From Camelus dromedarius (Eukaryota): a DNA stretch of 64,000 bases. Both the position numbers and the translations under genes were made by a program. This document shows, in pieces, positions 40,847 through 58,939 of the stretch (position 1 is the stretch's first letter; each line of letters opens with the position of its first letter). Below the pieces are notes generated by a model that was not told where the DNA came from, did no database searches, and saw only the letters and a list, made by a program, of their open reading frames with translations. Where the stretch lies: assembly GCF_036321535.1 (NCBI RefSeq), contig NC_087450.1, positions 9,176,001-9,240,000 of the forward strand, given 5' to 3'.

Positions 40847-43800
40847 ATGGCCCAGGCGTCTCGCTCCGGTGGTCTTCTGTCTCCGCTCGCTACCGTGCCG
40901 TCGTTGCGGGCGCAGCCCGGGGGCGCTGTGGAGGAGCAGTGGCAGAGCGAGCGGGCGGGCGCTCTCCGCCGGGACGTTCGTGGCAGGCCGGGGCTGCCGG
41001 CTGCCGGGAGCATCCCCTGCCTGGACCCACGGCCCGGCGGAGCTCCAGGAGGGCAGCCATGCTGGGTGGCGCCGGCAGACGCAGGAGAGCACCGCGAGGC
41101 CGGCGCTGCGGCCTGGGGGCGGGAGCCGGCAGCTGGCGGCCCGATCCCGCCTGCGCTGCAGCGTCTCCGGGCGGTGTTCCTGCGGCTGCACCGGGAGCGA
41201 GAGCAGCTCCTCCAAGCCCGGGACTGCGCCCGCCGCCTCCAGGCAGCCGTGCGCCTCCTGAGGATCCTGAGTCCCGGCGTGCCACCCGCCAGCCCCAGCC
41301 CCGGCCCCTTGCCTCAGCTGTGCCGCGACCTGCTGCCGCACCCTTCCAGAGGGGCAGTCCTGCGAAGCGGCCTTGAGGAGACCCTCGAGCCGCTCCTCCT
41401 GGCGCGCCCCATCGGACTAGCAGCCCAACGCCTGGAGGCTACAATCGAGATGCAGCTTCGGGCTCTGGGCCGGGCGCCCGCGAGCCCGGGCCTGTCGTCC
41501 CAACTCGCCGACCTGCTGCTGGCGCTTCCCGCCTACCACCAGCTGCAGGGAAAAGCCTTGAGCCACGTCCCAGGGGCCGCGCGCCCTTTTCCCCCGGCCC
41601 GTGTGCTCCGCCTCCTGACAGGGGAGCGGGGTTGCCTGGTAGCAGGTTGGCTGAATGAGGCGCTCGGGGTATCCGGCTTTCGGGACCAGCTCCGCAGGCG
41701 GTGCCACGAGGAGCGCGAGCTGCTGCCAGGGCTACTGGGCCTGATGGAGGGCGTGGCGTGTCCAGTCAGCCCTGGACTAGGGCTTGGCGGGGCTGGAGCC
41801 CTGTGGAGCCAGTACTGGACCCTGCTGTGGGCAGCCTGTGCGCAAAGTCTGGACCTAAATCTAGGACCCTGGAAGGACCCCAGGGAAGCGGCACAACAGC
41901 TGAAAAATGCACTGGGTCAGGGTGAGTGACAGGCCTGGGTGGGCGTTTGGGAATGCTGGGGTCTTTCCTATATTTAGCTCACTCACCTCTCAGCCTGACT
42001 ACAAAAGCAAGCCCTTCAGGATGAACTCCCCACAACCGCCCCCATCAGCGGGGGTGGGGGGTGCGGGTGCAGTTCAAGCTATAGTTTCTGGGCTTTCAAG
42101 GCAAAGTCTTGCTTTCCATGCTGGTCTTGGAAGCCTCCCCTTTCCCCCATCATTGAGTGGGCAGTGGTTGTGGAGAAGAAAGGCCTTGTTTTCAGGCTCC
42201 AGGGTCATTTCTCCCACTAGCATCACTGCCTCAGGAGTGTGAGAAGGAGCTGGCGTCTTTGTGTCACAACCTAATTCATCAGTCTCTTCTCTGGAGCTGG
42301 GACCAAGGTGAGAAGGAAGGGGTATTGGTAGCAACCTAACCCCCAGTATACCTCTTCCTTATCAAACCGTGCCCCCCTCATCTTCAGGCTTCTGTCAGGC
42401 CTTGGGATCTGCTGGTAGAGATCAGAGCAGCCTTCCCTCATCCTCTAGTACCACTGAACTTCTGCAAAAGCTCTTCCCTCCTCTCTTAGATGCCCTTCGA
42501 GAACTCAGATCAGGGATGCTCCTCTGGCAGCCTCCAGGTGAGACAAGGTGCTGGGGATGGGGGGAACAGAAGGACAGTTGGGGATACCCACTTTATTCCT
42601 CCATTCTGTTCGGAAGCCTGCCTCCTCCCAAAGGTGTTCTGTGGCCCTTCAGATACTCCATCCCTCCCCTCCCCAGGTCCTGCACCTCTTGCCTTGGGGC
42701 TCTGTACCCTGCAGACCACCTTGCTCTGGTTTTGGAGCAGAACTCAGAAGCACCTGGCAGCATGGGCCCCAGGTTCCTTCCTGCTCCTGACCCTGAAGGA
42801 CCTACCTGTGAGTAGCTAGGGGATTGGGAGGGGAGCATTCTGGGCTGGGCTCTGATCTCACTCCCTGTTTCTGCTAAAGCCTCTATTGCGTGAGGCAGAA
42901 GCTCTGTCTAGCCTGGCTTCAGAGGAAAGCTTGGCCCTGGAGGTGGAGCAGCAGTTGGGCCTGGAGATCCGGAAGCTGACTGCACAGGTCCAGGTGAGGA
43001 GAGCAGGGGACAGGACAGTCGCCAGCTTCGGGGTTGGTGGGGTGGTTGTGGTGATGGTGGAACATCTCAGTGCCTTGGAAGCACCGCTAAATTTATCTTT
43101 TCTTGCTCTTTGCTTCTTGTTCTTTATTTAGCTTTTTATTATGGAAAATTTCAAACATACACAAAAGTAGAGATAGGAGTATAATGGACCCCATAGTCCT
43201 ACCACTGAGGTTTTAACACTTACCAGCTCATGGTCAGTTTTATTTCATTTCTACATCCTACCACCAACCCCCACGTAGAATCTTACTGTGTGCTGTTCAC
43301 AGCCACTGATGATTGATGGTCATTGTCTACATCCATTATTTCACTGGGGGATGCAAAGTGGTGACATTCCAATTCCATCATTCCTGAGGAGGGTACAGCT
43401 CAAGTGGTAGAGCGCATGCTTAGCATGCACAAGGTCCTGGGTTCAATCCCCAGTACCTCCTCTAAAAACAAATAGATCTAATTACCCCCCAAATAAATAA
43501 AATTAAAAAAAAAAAACCCAATTCTATCATTCCTTCTTCATTTACCAGCTGGATTCTCCTTATAAAGTGAAACTTGCCCTCATAAATTACTTGGTTACTT
43601 TGAGGTATATTTTGTTGAGAACAAGCAAGGTAAATGATTGTCTTCCCTTTACATATTAGTTTTTGATACAATGTTTCTTCTATTTCCTAAAAGTATAACT
43701 TGTATTTTTATTCAAACTGAAATAGAATATTATTTTAGAAGGCTTCTTAATGAGAAAGTAGCACTGTCATTGGCCCCTGCTCCCACCTCTGACCCTGATT

Positions 43801-46800
43801 CCACAGTGGTAACGTCCATCCACTTTTGGCTTTTTCTTCTAACATTTCTTATTTTCTTCTAAATTTATGAATTAAACCTTTCATACTTCTACTTTAATTT
43901 GTCCCCACTTCACACAGTATCTGTTACTACCATGGGTGATGTCTGCTTTTTGTTCCCGCTTACTGCTCAGGTTTCTCCTTTTAAAAAAAAAAAATTTTAA
44001 TAGACTTTATTCTTTTAGAACAGTTTCAGGTTTCAGCAGAACTGAGCAGAAAATACAGAGAGTTCGCACATAGCCCTCCCCACCCACACGTATATACTCC
44101 CCTACACTCAGCATCCCTCATCAGTGTGGCGTCTTTGGTACATATCAATGNNNNNNNNNNNNNNNNNNNNNNNNNNNNNNNNNNNNNNNNNNNNNNNNNN
44201 NNNNNNNNNNNNNNNNNNNNNNNNNNNNNNNNNNNNNNNNNNNNNNNNNNNNNNNNNNNNNNNNNNNNNNNNNNNNNNNNNNNNNNNNNNNNNNNNNNNN
44301 NNNNNNNNNNNNNNNNCTGTTCATTCCCCCCTCCCTCCCTCTCCCCAAACTCCTGGAAACCACGATCTTTTTATTGTTTCTATAGCTTTGCCTTTTCCAG
44401 AATGTCATTTGGTTGTAATCGTACACTTTGTAGCCTTTTCAGACTGGCTTCTTCCATTTAGTAATATGTCTTTTAAGTTTCTTCTGTGTCTTTCATGGCT
44501 TGATAGACTTTTTTTTTTTTTACTGCATATATACTTTTAATTTACGTATATGTACCATTCATTGTTTCTAAGAACGTTTAGAGCTTTAACTTTTTAAACT
44601 TACACAGTTATCAAAGGAATAAAGCCAACCACAAAATAAGAATTTACTCAAAAAGATACATACGCCCTTCTATTAATAGCAATATTATTTATAATTGCCA
44701 AGATATGGAAGCATCCTAAGTGCACATCAGTAGTTGAATATAGATTTCTCCTCATTGCCCTGAGTGGCGGCATGGCTGCAGAGTTCAGCCCTTGTCCCTC
44801 TACTTCTGTTCTCTCTGCATTCCACAGTGCCTTGGTGCTGTGGACCCTGCCTCCCCTCAGCTTAGCCCTAACCCACCATCTGCATCTGCTTGTTGGGCAT
44901 TTCCACCTCAATTTACTGCTGCCTCTTTCCAGGCTCTTCATGAATAGGGTGGACAGTGATGTCCCAGAGCAGGCTCTTCATGAACAGGGTGGACAGTGAT
45001 GGTTGTGGGAGCTCTTAGCAGGGAAGGCCACGGTGGACACGTGGAAACAGAAGCTCCTTACAGGGCCTATGGCTCAAGCTGGCAGCTGGGCAGCCTCAGA
45101 GGAGTAGCAGGGGTTACTGGAGGTGGGCAGTTTACAGTTCCTTGGAGGAGCAGTGGGGAGATGGCCTGACTGAAGCAGAAGGGGTGTGTGTATGTGTGTG
45201 TGTACACACATGAGCATGCCCTCGTCCTCGCATGCCTGTGTGAAGGGGAGGGGTGGAGGACTGTGGAAAAGTAGGTTGTCATCAAACTGTGGAGGGCACT
45301 GAACACCAGCCCACAGATTCTGGACTTTATCTCTTAAGTGATAGGAGCCATTGTAAGAGCAGGAGGGGAACAGTGAAGACAGTGACAGAGTCTGATCCAG
45401 CGGTGGTGGTCAGGATAAAAGGGAGGTGGGGAGGTGTAATACGAGAAGGGTCCAGCTCTTGGTAGTTGTGATGAGAACAGAGCAAAAGGGACAGGGACGG
45501 TGTGCGCACCGTGTGAACCAAACACTATCCCAAGCAGTTTCATGCCTTGTCCCTCCGCCTGGTGACCGCATTGCTGGGTGTCTCCTCTGGGTATTCCACT
45601 GACTACAGCTCTGGGATGAAAAAGAAGAATCAGACATGAGTTTTCTCCTCAGCTGAACTGTCATGTTGTATAGAAAAAGACGGTCCCATAGTGTGACCTT
45701 GTCTTTCCTCAGAGTGTTGAGTGCAGAATTTCCTAACAAATGTCAGTTGACAAAAGGGTGATTTCTGTGCCACAAATAAGAAGGGGGTTGTAGTTTTGGG
45801 GATAAGAGTTTGGATTTAGACAGGCTGTGGTCAGAATATATATCAGGAGCCACGTGGGCTCTCCCTGCCTATGCACCCCGCCCCCCCAAGCTAAGGTCCC
45901 TTCCTCTCTTCAGGCTCCTTGGCATGCAGTCACTTTTTCTTTAGACCTGCCACTACACACCCCACTTCCTGAGGTTCTTCTCCAAGACAGGCTGTAGAGA
46001 CCCCTCTTTTTTGCTGTCTCCTCCCCCTCCCAAAACAAAACCTATCAAACCAAAGAAACCAAACCCGCACAGGCGCCTTTTCTTGCTTTACGGGTTAAGT
46101 TTGCTCTGGAGAAATGCAAGCGGCTATAAGGACTATTCAGTGTGAGGACATTCCAAAGGTTCCTGAGTCTCAGAAAGTTAGAGTCACTGCTCCCGGTGTA
46201 CACACAGTTCCCTTATAGACAACAGGCAGAAGATGGTACAATTCCCTTTCCTTTCTTCAGCCTCTGCCTATCTGCCAATCATGTAGACCTCCCTCTCTAG
46301 CATTCACTTTTGAACCCTGGTGGTGGTGAGCATGTTGCCCTCTTTTTTTCCTGTTAACATTACTGTAGAATAAAATTAACCTGGAGGATTTCCATCCTCT
46401 GAACCAGGCTGAGGAGAGCTGGGTAATCCTATGGCAATTGTCCATAATCTTCTCTGGGTCCAGATCTTTTGGAAAACCCAATAAAAGCTATAGCATCTCT
46501 CCTCAGAAAATGCCCAAGCCATACAATTATGCATACAATTCTGTTTCTGGGGCTGTATGGATGCCAGGGTAAACACCTCAGATCTACAAGAGCAGATTAC
46601 TTGACAAGTCCCTCACAGATAAGTCCCTTTTACTTTCTCCTTATCCCCACAGCTCCTACCAGAAGAGTCACTAGGTCTCTTTTTTCAAGAATGTCATAAA
46701 CAAGCCACACAGGACTTCGAACTCTATATGCCACGGGGTCGGTACTGGCGGCATCGTCTCTGTCCTGGTAACTCCTCATCCCAGCATCCCCTTCCAGGTT

Positions 46801-47881
46801 CCTGGAGGGTAACTGTGTCCTAACCCTTCCAAATCCTAGTTCCAGCCCTCTGTGTCCATCCTTGTCCTCACCTTCTGTGTGCTCTGCAACCCCCACCCCC
46901 ACCCCCCACCAAATACTACCTTCTTACCCCAAAGGCTCCATTAGGGCCTTTGATGGATCTCCCTAGCTTCATATCCTGTCCTTTCTCTTCTCTCACTCCA
47001 GAACTTCCCAGCATTCCTAGTGAGTATGCTGGGTTGGTGGTCCGCAGGATACTGGAGCCTGTGTTGCAAGGATTGCAAGGACTGCCACCCCAAGCCCAGG
47101 CCCCTGCCCTCAGCCAGGCGCTGACTGCCATCCTGGGTGCCTGGCTCAACCACATCCTCACCCATGGGATCCGGTTCAGGTGGGGAGAAAAGGAGGCAGA
47201 GGCTGGGGGATGAATGGAACTGGGAAAAGGGAGGGGGATAGAGCAGTTTGGGAGAGGCAGGAGGGCCAGGTGGCCACGTTGTACCTTGGCCTTCAGCCTG
47301 CAGGGGGCGCTGCAGCTCAGACAAGACTTTGCAGTGGTCCGGGAGTTGCTGGAGGAGGAGCAGTGGGGCCTGTCCCCAGAACTTCGCCAGACTCTGCTCA
47401 TGCTCAGCATCTTCCAGCAGCTGGACGGGGCACTGCTGTGTCTATTGCAGCAGCCCTTGCCCAAGACTCAAGTCCACAGGAGGCCTTCCTGTTGCTGTGA
47501 GTCACTCTCCTTCCCCAACTCCAGGCTCTCTTCACCCCTTTCTGTGCCACATCCCCATCCTTATTATTGATCTGGCTTCAGTGTCTCCCTGCCAGCCACC
47601 TGCCTTCCACTCTTGCCTTACCAGGTGCATGTAATGACATCCTGAACACGGACCTGCCCAGCAGCAGCCTCAACAGCCTGGAGAGCTTGGAGCCTCCTCT
47701 TCAGCCTGGAGCACCCCGAGCCCAGACAGCTCAGCTGCTAAGCACACTATGGGGAGGAGGACCTAGCCCTGAGGCTTACCTGGTAGGAAATCAGCAGGCC
47801 TGGCTTGCCCTGAGGCAGCACCAGCACCCGCGCTGGCACTTACCTTTTCTTTCCTGCCTGGGAACCAGTTCTGAATCCTAA
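40847..47881 (+). CDS. CCDC142: Coiled-coil domain containing 142, about 768 aa
   Basis: 9 exons: 40847-41921, 42221-42307, 42388-42537, 42677-42807, 42880-42993, 46653-46767, 47002-47179, 47297-47496, 47625-47881 = 2307 nt. MAQASRSG start, LQRLRAVFLRLHREREQLLQARD, ELYMPRGRYWR, C-terminus WHLPFLSCLGTSSES*. Confidence 0.94.
43386..43517 (+). mobile_element. tRNA-derived SINE (Vic-1-like) with 17-bp TSD, inserted in an older L1
   Basis: GAGGAGGGTACAGCTCAAGTGGTAGAGCGCATGCTTAGCATGCACAAGGTCCTGGGTTCAATCCCCAGTACC plus A tail; TSD CCAATTC(C/T)ATCATTCCT at 43369-43385 and 43518-43534. Confidence 0.92.
44151..44316. other. Assembly gap (166 N)
   Basis: Run of N. Confidence 1.
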
Positions 47882-48078
47882 GGAGCCTGGTCAGAAGCCA
47901 GAGAGCATAAGCTCCCCATCTCTATCTGAAAAAGCCCAGACATTCAGAAATGCATATATATATTTTTAAAAAGCCTAATTGGGAGCTTGGAAGAAAGCAT
48001 ACCTGAGAACCATAAGCTACACAGAGCCTGGACTTAAAAAGCTAAGAATCCAACATCACTCCAGTGCCTGGAATCCAG

Positions 48079-48084
48079 AATAAA
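48079..48084 (+). terminator. Probable CCDC142 polyadenylation signal AATAAA
   Basis: AATAAA about 200 nt after the stop. Confidence 0.55.
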
Positions 48085-48974
48085 AGGCATAACCACAGCT
48101 TGGAACCTGGAGGTCAGCATCCTTGGAAGGCTTGGGCTCAGTTCCCATCAGTGGAGACGTCTTGGGGCTAGACACGGGTAGTAAGGGGCCAGACGCTGGG
48201 CGTAAGGCTGTAGGGTTGGATCCCAGGGGAAAGGGGAAAAGAAAAAACAGAAGGCAGGGAGCCTAGATGCCACTTTCTCTTAGGTCCCAGGAGCCAGGCT
48301 AAACACAAAAAGGTCAGGAACTATTACAAAGTTAATTCATCAGGAACCACGACAGTGGAAAAGTAATTTCTACTCCTGGATCAGCCCCACCGTCTGTATA
48401 CTCTGTGCTCCCCTCCCCATTACTATTTTCAGTCATTTAAGAATATTGAGCTGTAGGACCTTCATGTGTAAGCTTTGATTACTCGAAGTTCCACATGTTT
48501 AATCTTCATTTCCCTGAGAGGCTTTACCCCCTGGTACTTATATAATCCCTGCCGTGGTAGTGCCCTCTGCTCGGATGGGACCAGCACTTAAGATGGCGTT
48601 AACCTAGATCTGGCACAACACGGTACAAAGGGGAAGAGGCTGCAAGAGACATGGTGTCGGAGCCAGGTGCAAACGGCTTTTGCACGACTGATTTATTGTC
48701 TTCACTGCGGTACAAGAGGGCTATTAATGATAGGCAGTACTTACTGACCGCTTACTTTGGGCCCCCATACCCTGTGCGGAAACCATCTCTCCCTCCTGGC
48801 CTTCCTCCTCCTCTCGGGCCGGGAGCCCAAGGGAGCGGTTTGGGGACCAGCGCCACCCACGGCGGCGACAAACGCTCACCCCGCGAAGGTCTGCGGCCTG
48901 CGAAAGCGCGCCGCTCACAGCCGGTCGCATAAGCGACACTTCCGGGCACGAGTTCTTCCGGGGCGGAGGTCACC

Positions 48975-49489
48975 ATGGCGGCGTCCTTGGCTCGGCTCGG
49001 ACTCCGCCCTGTTAAGCAGGTTCGGGTTCAATTCTGCCCCTTCGAGAAGAACGTGGAGTCGACGAGGTACGAAGGGAAAGGAAGTGGGGCCGCGCCTTCC
49101 TCCTGCCTGGGGTCTGGCCTCCTCTGCCCCCTGCTCACGCCGTTTTCTCACCGCAGGACCTTCCTCCAGGCAGTGAGCAGCGAGAAGGTTCGCTCCACCA
49201 ACCTCAACTGCTCGGTGATTGCGGACGTGAGGCATGACGGCTCAGAGCCCTGCGTGGACGTACTGTTCGGTGGGTCGAGTGGGGAGTCGGGCGGGAGTCG
49301 CGCGCCCTCGGACCCGCCGTCCTCCCGGCGCCTGACTCCTTTGTTCCTTCCCCAGGAGACGGGCATCGCCTGATTATGCGCGGCGCGCACCTCACTGCCC
49401 AGGAAATGCTCACAGCCTTTGCCTCCCACGTCCAGACCAGGGGCGCGGCGGCGAGCGGGGACAAGCCTGGCGATAGTACTGGGCGCTAA
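48975..49489 (+). CDS. MRPL53: 39S mitochondrial ribosomal protein L53 (mL53), 112 aa
   Basis: Exons 48975-49066, 49157-49269, 49356-49489 = 339 nt. [85 protein letters not shown] motif ACTTCCGGG upstream. Confidence 0.98.
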
Positions 49490-50083
49490 CGGCGCAGAAG
49501 GGACCAACAAGCAGTTTTTAGCGTGAAACTGCTAAGGACACTTATCTAAGAAAACCGTCACTTAATAATTTCTCAAATCACTATCTGGAGGGCCACAGAG
49601 CGCCCCCAAAAGAAAGAGCCCCGTGACGATAAATCCAACCAGTGTTTCTGGGAGGAAACAAGATGGGGAGGGGTCTGAAGAAACTTGAATTTATTTCACT
49701 TTCTTACCATCATTCACTGCTTGACTCTTGAATCTGGCTTCTCCCACCACTGCTCAAGATACTTTTTCTTATTAGAAAATCCAGTGCTGTTTCCTCAGTC
49801 CTCATCTTTCCATCTCAGTAGCATCTACCACTCTTAATTCACTTCCTTGTGGAACTTCTTTTACTTTCAGGTCCTATTTCTTCTCTTAACCCTATAAGTA
49901 TACTGCTTTTCTTTCTCTTTTTTTTTGGGGGGGGGGGGACTCGAACCACCCTCTTGGGTTAACCTCTACATTTCTGTTTGCCTCAAATATCAAATCCTGT
50001 GCAATAGTCAGGATATCTACTATGAGTTTTACCCAAATTCTACCAACACTCTTTGTACAAAATATAATCTTACATACTCTGTA

Positions 50084-50309
50084 TAGTTGACCCTTGAACA
50101 ACTGGGTTTGAACTGCAGGGGTCCTCTTATATGCCTATTTTAAAAAATAAATACATACTACAGTAGAACACTTCCTGGCTTTTTCAATCTGCGGTTGTGG
50201 AACCGTGGATTCTGGAGGGCCATCTGTAGAGTTATCCCCAGATTTTCAACTCTGTAGAGGGGTTGGGTCCCTAACCCCAACCTGACCCCCATTGTTTAAG
50301 GGTCAACTG
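50084..50309 (+). mobile_element. Tigger2-family (TcMar) MITE
   Basis: Terminal inverted repeats (T)AGTTGACCCTTGAACAA and TTGTTTAAGGGTCAACTG flanked by TA duplications (50082-50083, 50310-50311). Confidence 0.88.
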
Positions 50310-51064
50310 TACTTGCCTCCTCCCCTGACTTCTCATTCCTTTAAAAGGCAGTTCCTCTGCTCAGCCACTTGAGTTGGAAAACCACAGCATTATCTCTGGT
50401 TCTGCCCCCTCCCTTTCCTGCATATCCAGTCAGTAAGTTCAGAATATTCTGTCTTAAACAGAAGCTCCTGAAATGTTCTCTTCATTCCCATTCACTCTCC
50501 TGTATCATTGTTGCATTCTCCCACCTGGTCTTTTTCCAAATCATTTTTGCTGCTGCTGCTTAATTTTATCTTTCCAAAGCACATCACTGGTTTTATATTT
50601 TACTACTAGTTGTTTCAGAGAACAGTGCCTAAAGTACTTTTAGGTACTGTGCCTGAAGTGTTTTTCATACGAGGTTGTCACCCATTAATGTGAATCGTGA
50701 AATCAATTTACAGGATTGTATCAGAGTGTATGGCACATGGAATGGGAAGTATTCTTTAAGCAACTTAATGTTTTAAGTATATAATCATGAATATAGATAG
50801 ATTATGTAAAGTGTGTGTATATGTGTCTATGTGCATGTACTTGGTTGCAGTATAGAATTACTTCTTACCATAGGTTGTAAGAAAAAATGAGAGAAAAACT
50901 TCACCATATTCAGCTAGGCAGTCAAGGACCTCTGGGCACTGGCTGCTGTGTACTTTGCCAAATACATTTCCCATAGCCTTTCTACCGCATTACTATTCTG
51001 CTTCTCTACTTAAAAGGGTAATATCTTCAAAGAGCTGTTTTTTACCCTCCCACTTTAAAGAAAG

Positions 51065-51250
51065 AAATCTATCAGGAGACAGCATAGTGTAGTAAACAGC
51101 CAGAATGCCTGGGATTGAAATCCTAGCTTTTCCCTTAAGTAGCTAGGTAATTTTGGACACATTACTTAGTCTCTCAGTGCCTGTTCCCTCATTTATAAAA
51201 TGGGGATGGTAGTACCTACCTCATGGGACTATTGAGAGGATTAAAAGAAT
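51065..51250 (+). mobile_element. MIR SINE
   Basis: CAGCATAGTGTAGTAAAC...CCTGGGATTGAAATCCTAGCT...TCTCTCAGTGCCTGTTCCCTCATTTATAAAATGGGGATGGTAGTACCTACCTCATGGG. Confidence 0.8.
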
Positions 51251-52802
51251 TGCTACCTGTAAACTGCCTGGAACATTGGGGGAGCATTGGGAGAGCCTGA
51301 GGTTATAGTAGAAAGAATACTGAACCTAGACTTGAGTTTGAGAGGTCCATAGTTAACTGGTTGTTATCTTTGGCCAGATTTAACTACACTCCTCATCTGT
51401 AGAAACCAAGATGGTCCAGACGTTGCTGTAAACATGGATTGAGTGCTGGCATTGTGCTTCTAGGTTGTGAACTGGAGGTTGGGGCTGTTTTCTCTGTATC
51501 CCCAGCACTTTGCATAGAGCCTGATACAGAGTGTGCAAAAAATATTTGTTGAATTTACAAATATTTAGTATCAACCTTTTGACTGTAACTGATTAGTATT
51601 GGGTTACAAAGATGAATGATGGTACTTAGGTTTGTACTAAGTGCTGCAGTACCAGGTGCAATGGTAGCAAGAAAGGTAAGAGAACGGACCAATCATTGGG
51701 TTTGGTGATTGTTAAATGAGTAATAAGTCTACAAGTGGCAGTGGGGCCAGAAATCAGACTATAATGAAATAAGAAGTGGGCATGCAGCATAAATGTGTTA
51801 CAGAATTTGGATGGGAGGTGTGATAATAGCTAGAATTGCATAAGGGTGTGGAGTAGGGTTTTTTGAGAGGATCGGGGTTTGTACTTTATGAACCATCTTT
51901 TGTGCTGAGCTGTTAGTGAGAATAAGTAACCAAATCTAAGTTGCATTTCTGAACCACCATCAAATGTGATGTTGACTCTTCTAGGTCAACGTGAGGTGCA
52001 GATGCTACCTCCTTCCTATAGCCTTCCCTGACTGGGACACAAGCAGTCCCTCCCTAAGCACCTTTGCTTCCTGGGTTGTAGAAAAGGACATAAGAGAAAA
52101 AGAACATGCACCACCATTATGGTCCCTTTACAGTTCATCTAGATAAGTAATCCTAGACAGAGTGGAGATAAGACTTGTGTAAAGCCACGGGCGTTGCTTA
52201 AAGACACCACTGGAACAGATCTTAGGGTCCCTCTTGGGTCCACTTCATTTCATTAGAAAAGAAAGCATAGCTGTGGACAATTTATGATGCAGCTTGATTT
52301 AGGTACACCTGGGTTCCAAGCTAGCCACTTCGCGGTTCTGTGGCCAGGGCCAAGTTACCAGAACTTTCTAGACCACAGTTTTCAGCCACCTAGTTAGGGC
52401 GAGGTGAGGAGCAGTTAAGTATAAAACACTCAAGGCTGCGTCCCAGGCTCTTAATCTATAGTCGTTATTTAAAAAAAAAAAAAAAAAACAGAGGCAAGTG
52501 CGAGATTGATTTTTCCTGCTAGTCGCGTGAACGCCAAATAATCGCAGATCCAGTCGGGTCGGCCCTCCTAAAACGAGCCCTACACCAACGCTGGCGACGA
52601 CGGTTCCGGGGTCTGGGGCTTAACCTGACGTGGCGGGGCGGGGCTTCCGGCGGGAGGCGGAAGCGGAGCGGGAGGCGCGGGCCCGCAGGTGCGAGTGACA
52701 TCAGTGGTCGCCCCGGCGCTACGGGCATCCCAGGGAGGCGAGGTAGAGCCGGGCTCCGTTGCCGCCTCTCCCGGACCCCGCGACGCCGACCTCCGTGCCA
52801 GG

Positions 52803-56270
<3,468 letters not shown>

Positions 56271-56459
56271 GGATGGATGGAGGATGGGAGGGGAGCCAGG
56301 CCCCTTGTGCACTCTGGACTAGAGGGACAAGGTCTCTCACTTGTGCCCCCCACCCTCACATACCAGTGCTTCAGACCCTCAGCAGCTCATCTCAGGTGTC
56401 TCCTTACTGTCATCCCACATAGCCCTGGGGTGAATGTGAATGCAGAGTCTATTTTTCTA

Positions 56460-56465
56460 AATAAA
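56460..56465 (+). terminator. MOGS polyadenylation signal AATAAA
   Basis: AATAAA 190 nt after the stop. Confidence 0.8.
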
Positions 56466-56674
56466 CTAGAAAACATGCCAAACTCTCCTTTTTTGCCAGC
56501 TTTACCTCACCAGGAGGTCTTACCCTGGTCCAGGCCTTAGGGCTGCCTGCTTTCCTTCAGAGAAGGTGGGGAAAGTGGCTACCAGCTGTCCCCTCCAAAC
56601 CTAGTCAGGTCAAGTGCAATGCAGTGAGTCCAGCACTAGTCCACCCAAGTCCACAAGCAGCTGCTTCACATCTC

Positions 56675-56680
56675 TTTAAT
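56675..56680 (-). terminator. Probable WBP1 polyadenylation signal ATTAAA
   Basis: TTTAAT on the plus strand about 190 nt past the WBP1 stop; convergent with MOGS. Confidence 0.6.
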
Positions 56681-56869
56681 GAGATCAGAGGCTCCTGTGT
56701 GTGTCTTAGGGGGTAGAGCTAGCACAGTCCCCCCAGCACTGCCCTTCGTGGGACTCCAGTCCTTTCCAGCAGGTTCTAGGAGGGCAGGGAGAGGCCAAGG
56801 AGAGCTCAGAGAGTTGGGACCAGGGCTATTTCTGGTGGGCAAGTAACCCACCCACCCTCCCAAAACTGT

Positions 56870-58939
<2,070 letters not shown>

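Larger units (their letters stand above)
43120..44750. mobile_element. Nested L1 fragments in CCDC142 intron 5
   Basis: Minus-strand L1M 3' UTR pieces (about 43120-43700 and 43995-44540, the latter spanning the N-gap 44151-44316) and a plus-strand L1 ORF2-end-like piece (about 44600-44750: AAAAAGATACATACGCCC...TTATAATTGCCAAGATATGGAAGCATCCTAAGTG). Confidence 0.7.

Noticed and set aside
43386-43460. tRNA-Ala-like gene (also at 8786, 33050 and 39560)
   Set aside because: The A-rich tail, TSDs and non-pairing acceptor stem show these are SINE copies, not tRNA genes.
44930-45001. CRISPR-like repeat-spacer-repeat
   Set aside because: Only two copies with an 8-bp spacer in a mammalian intron; a simple tandem duplication.
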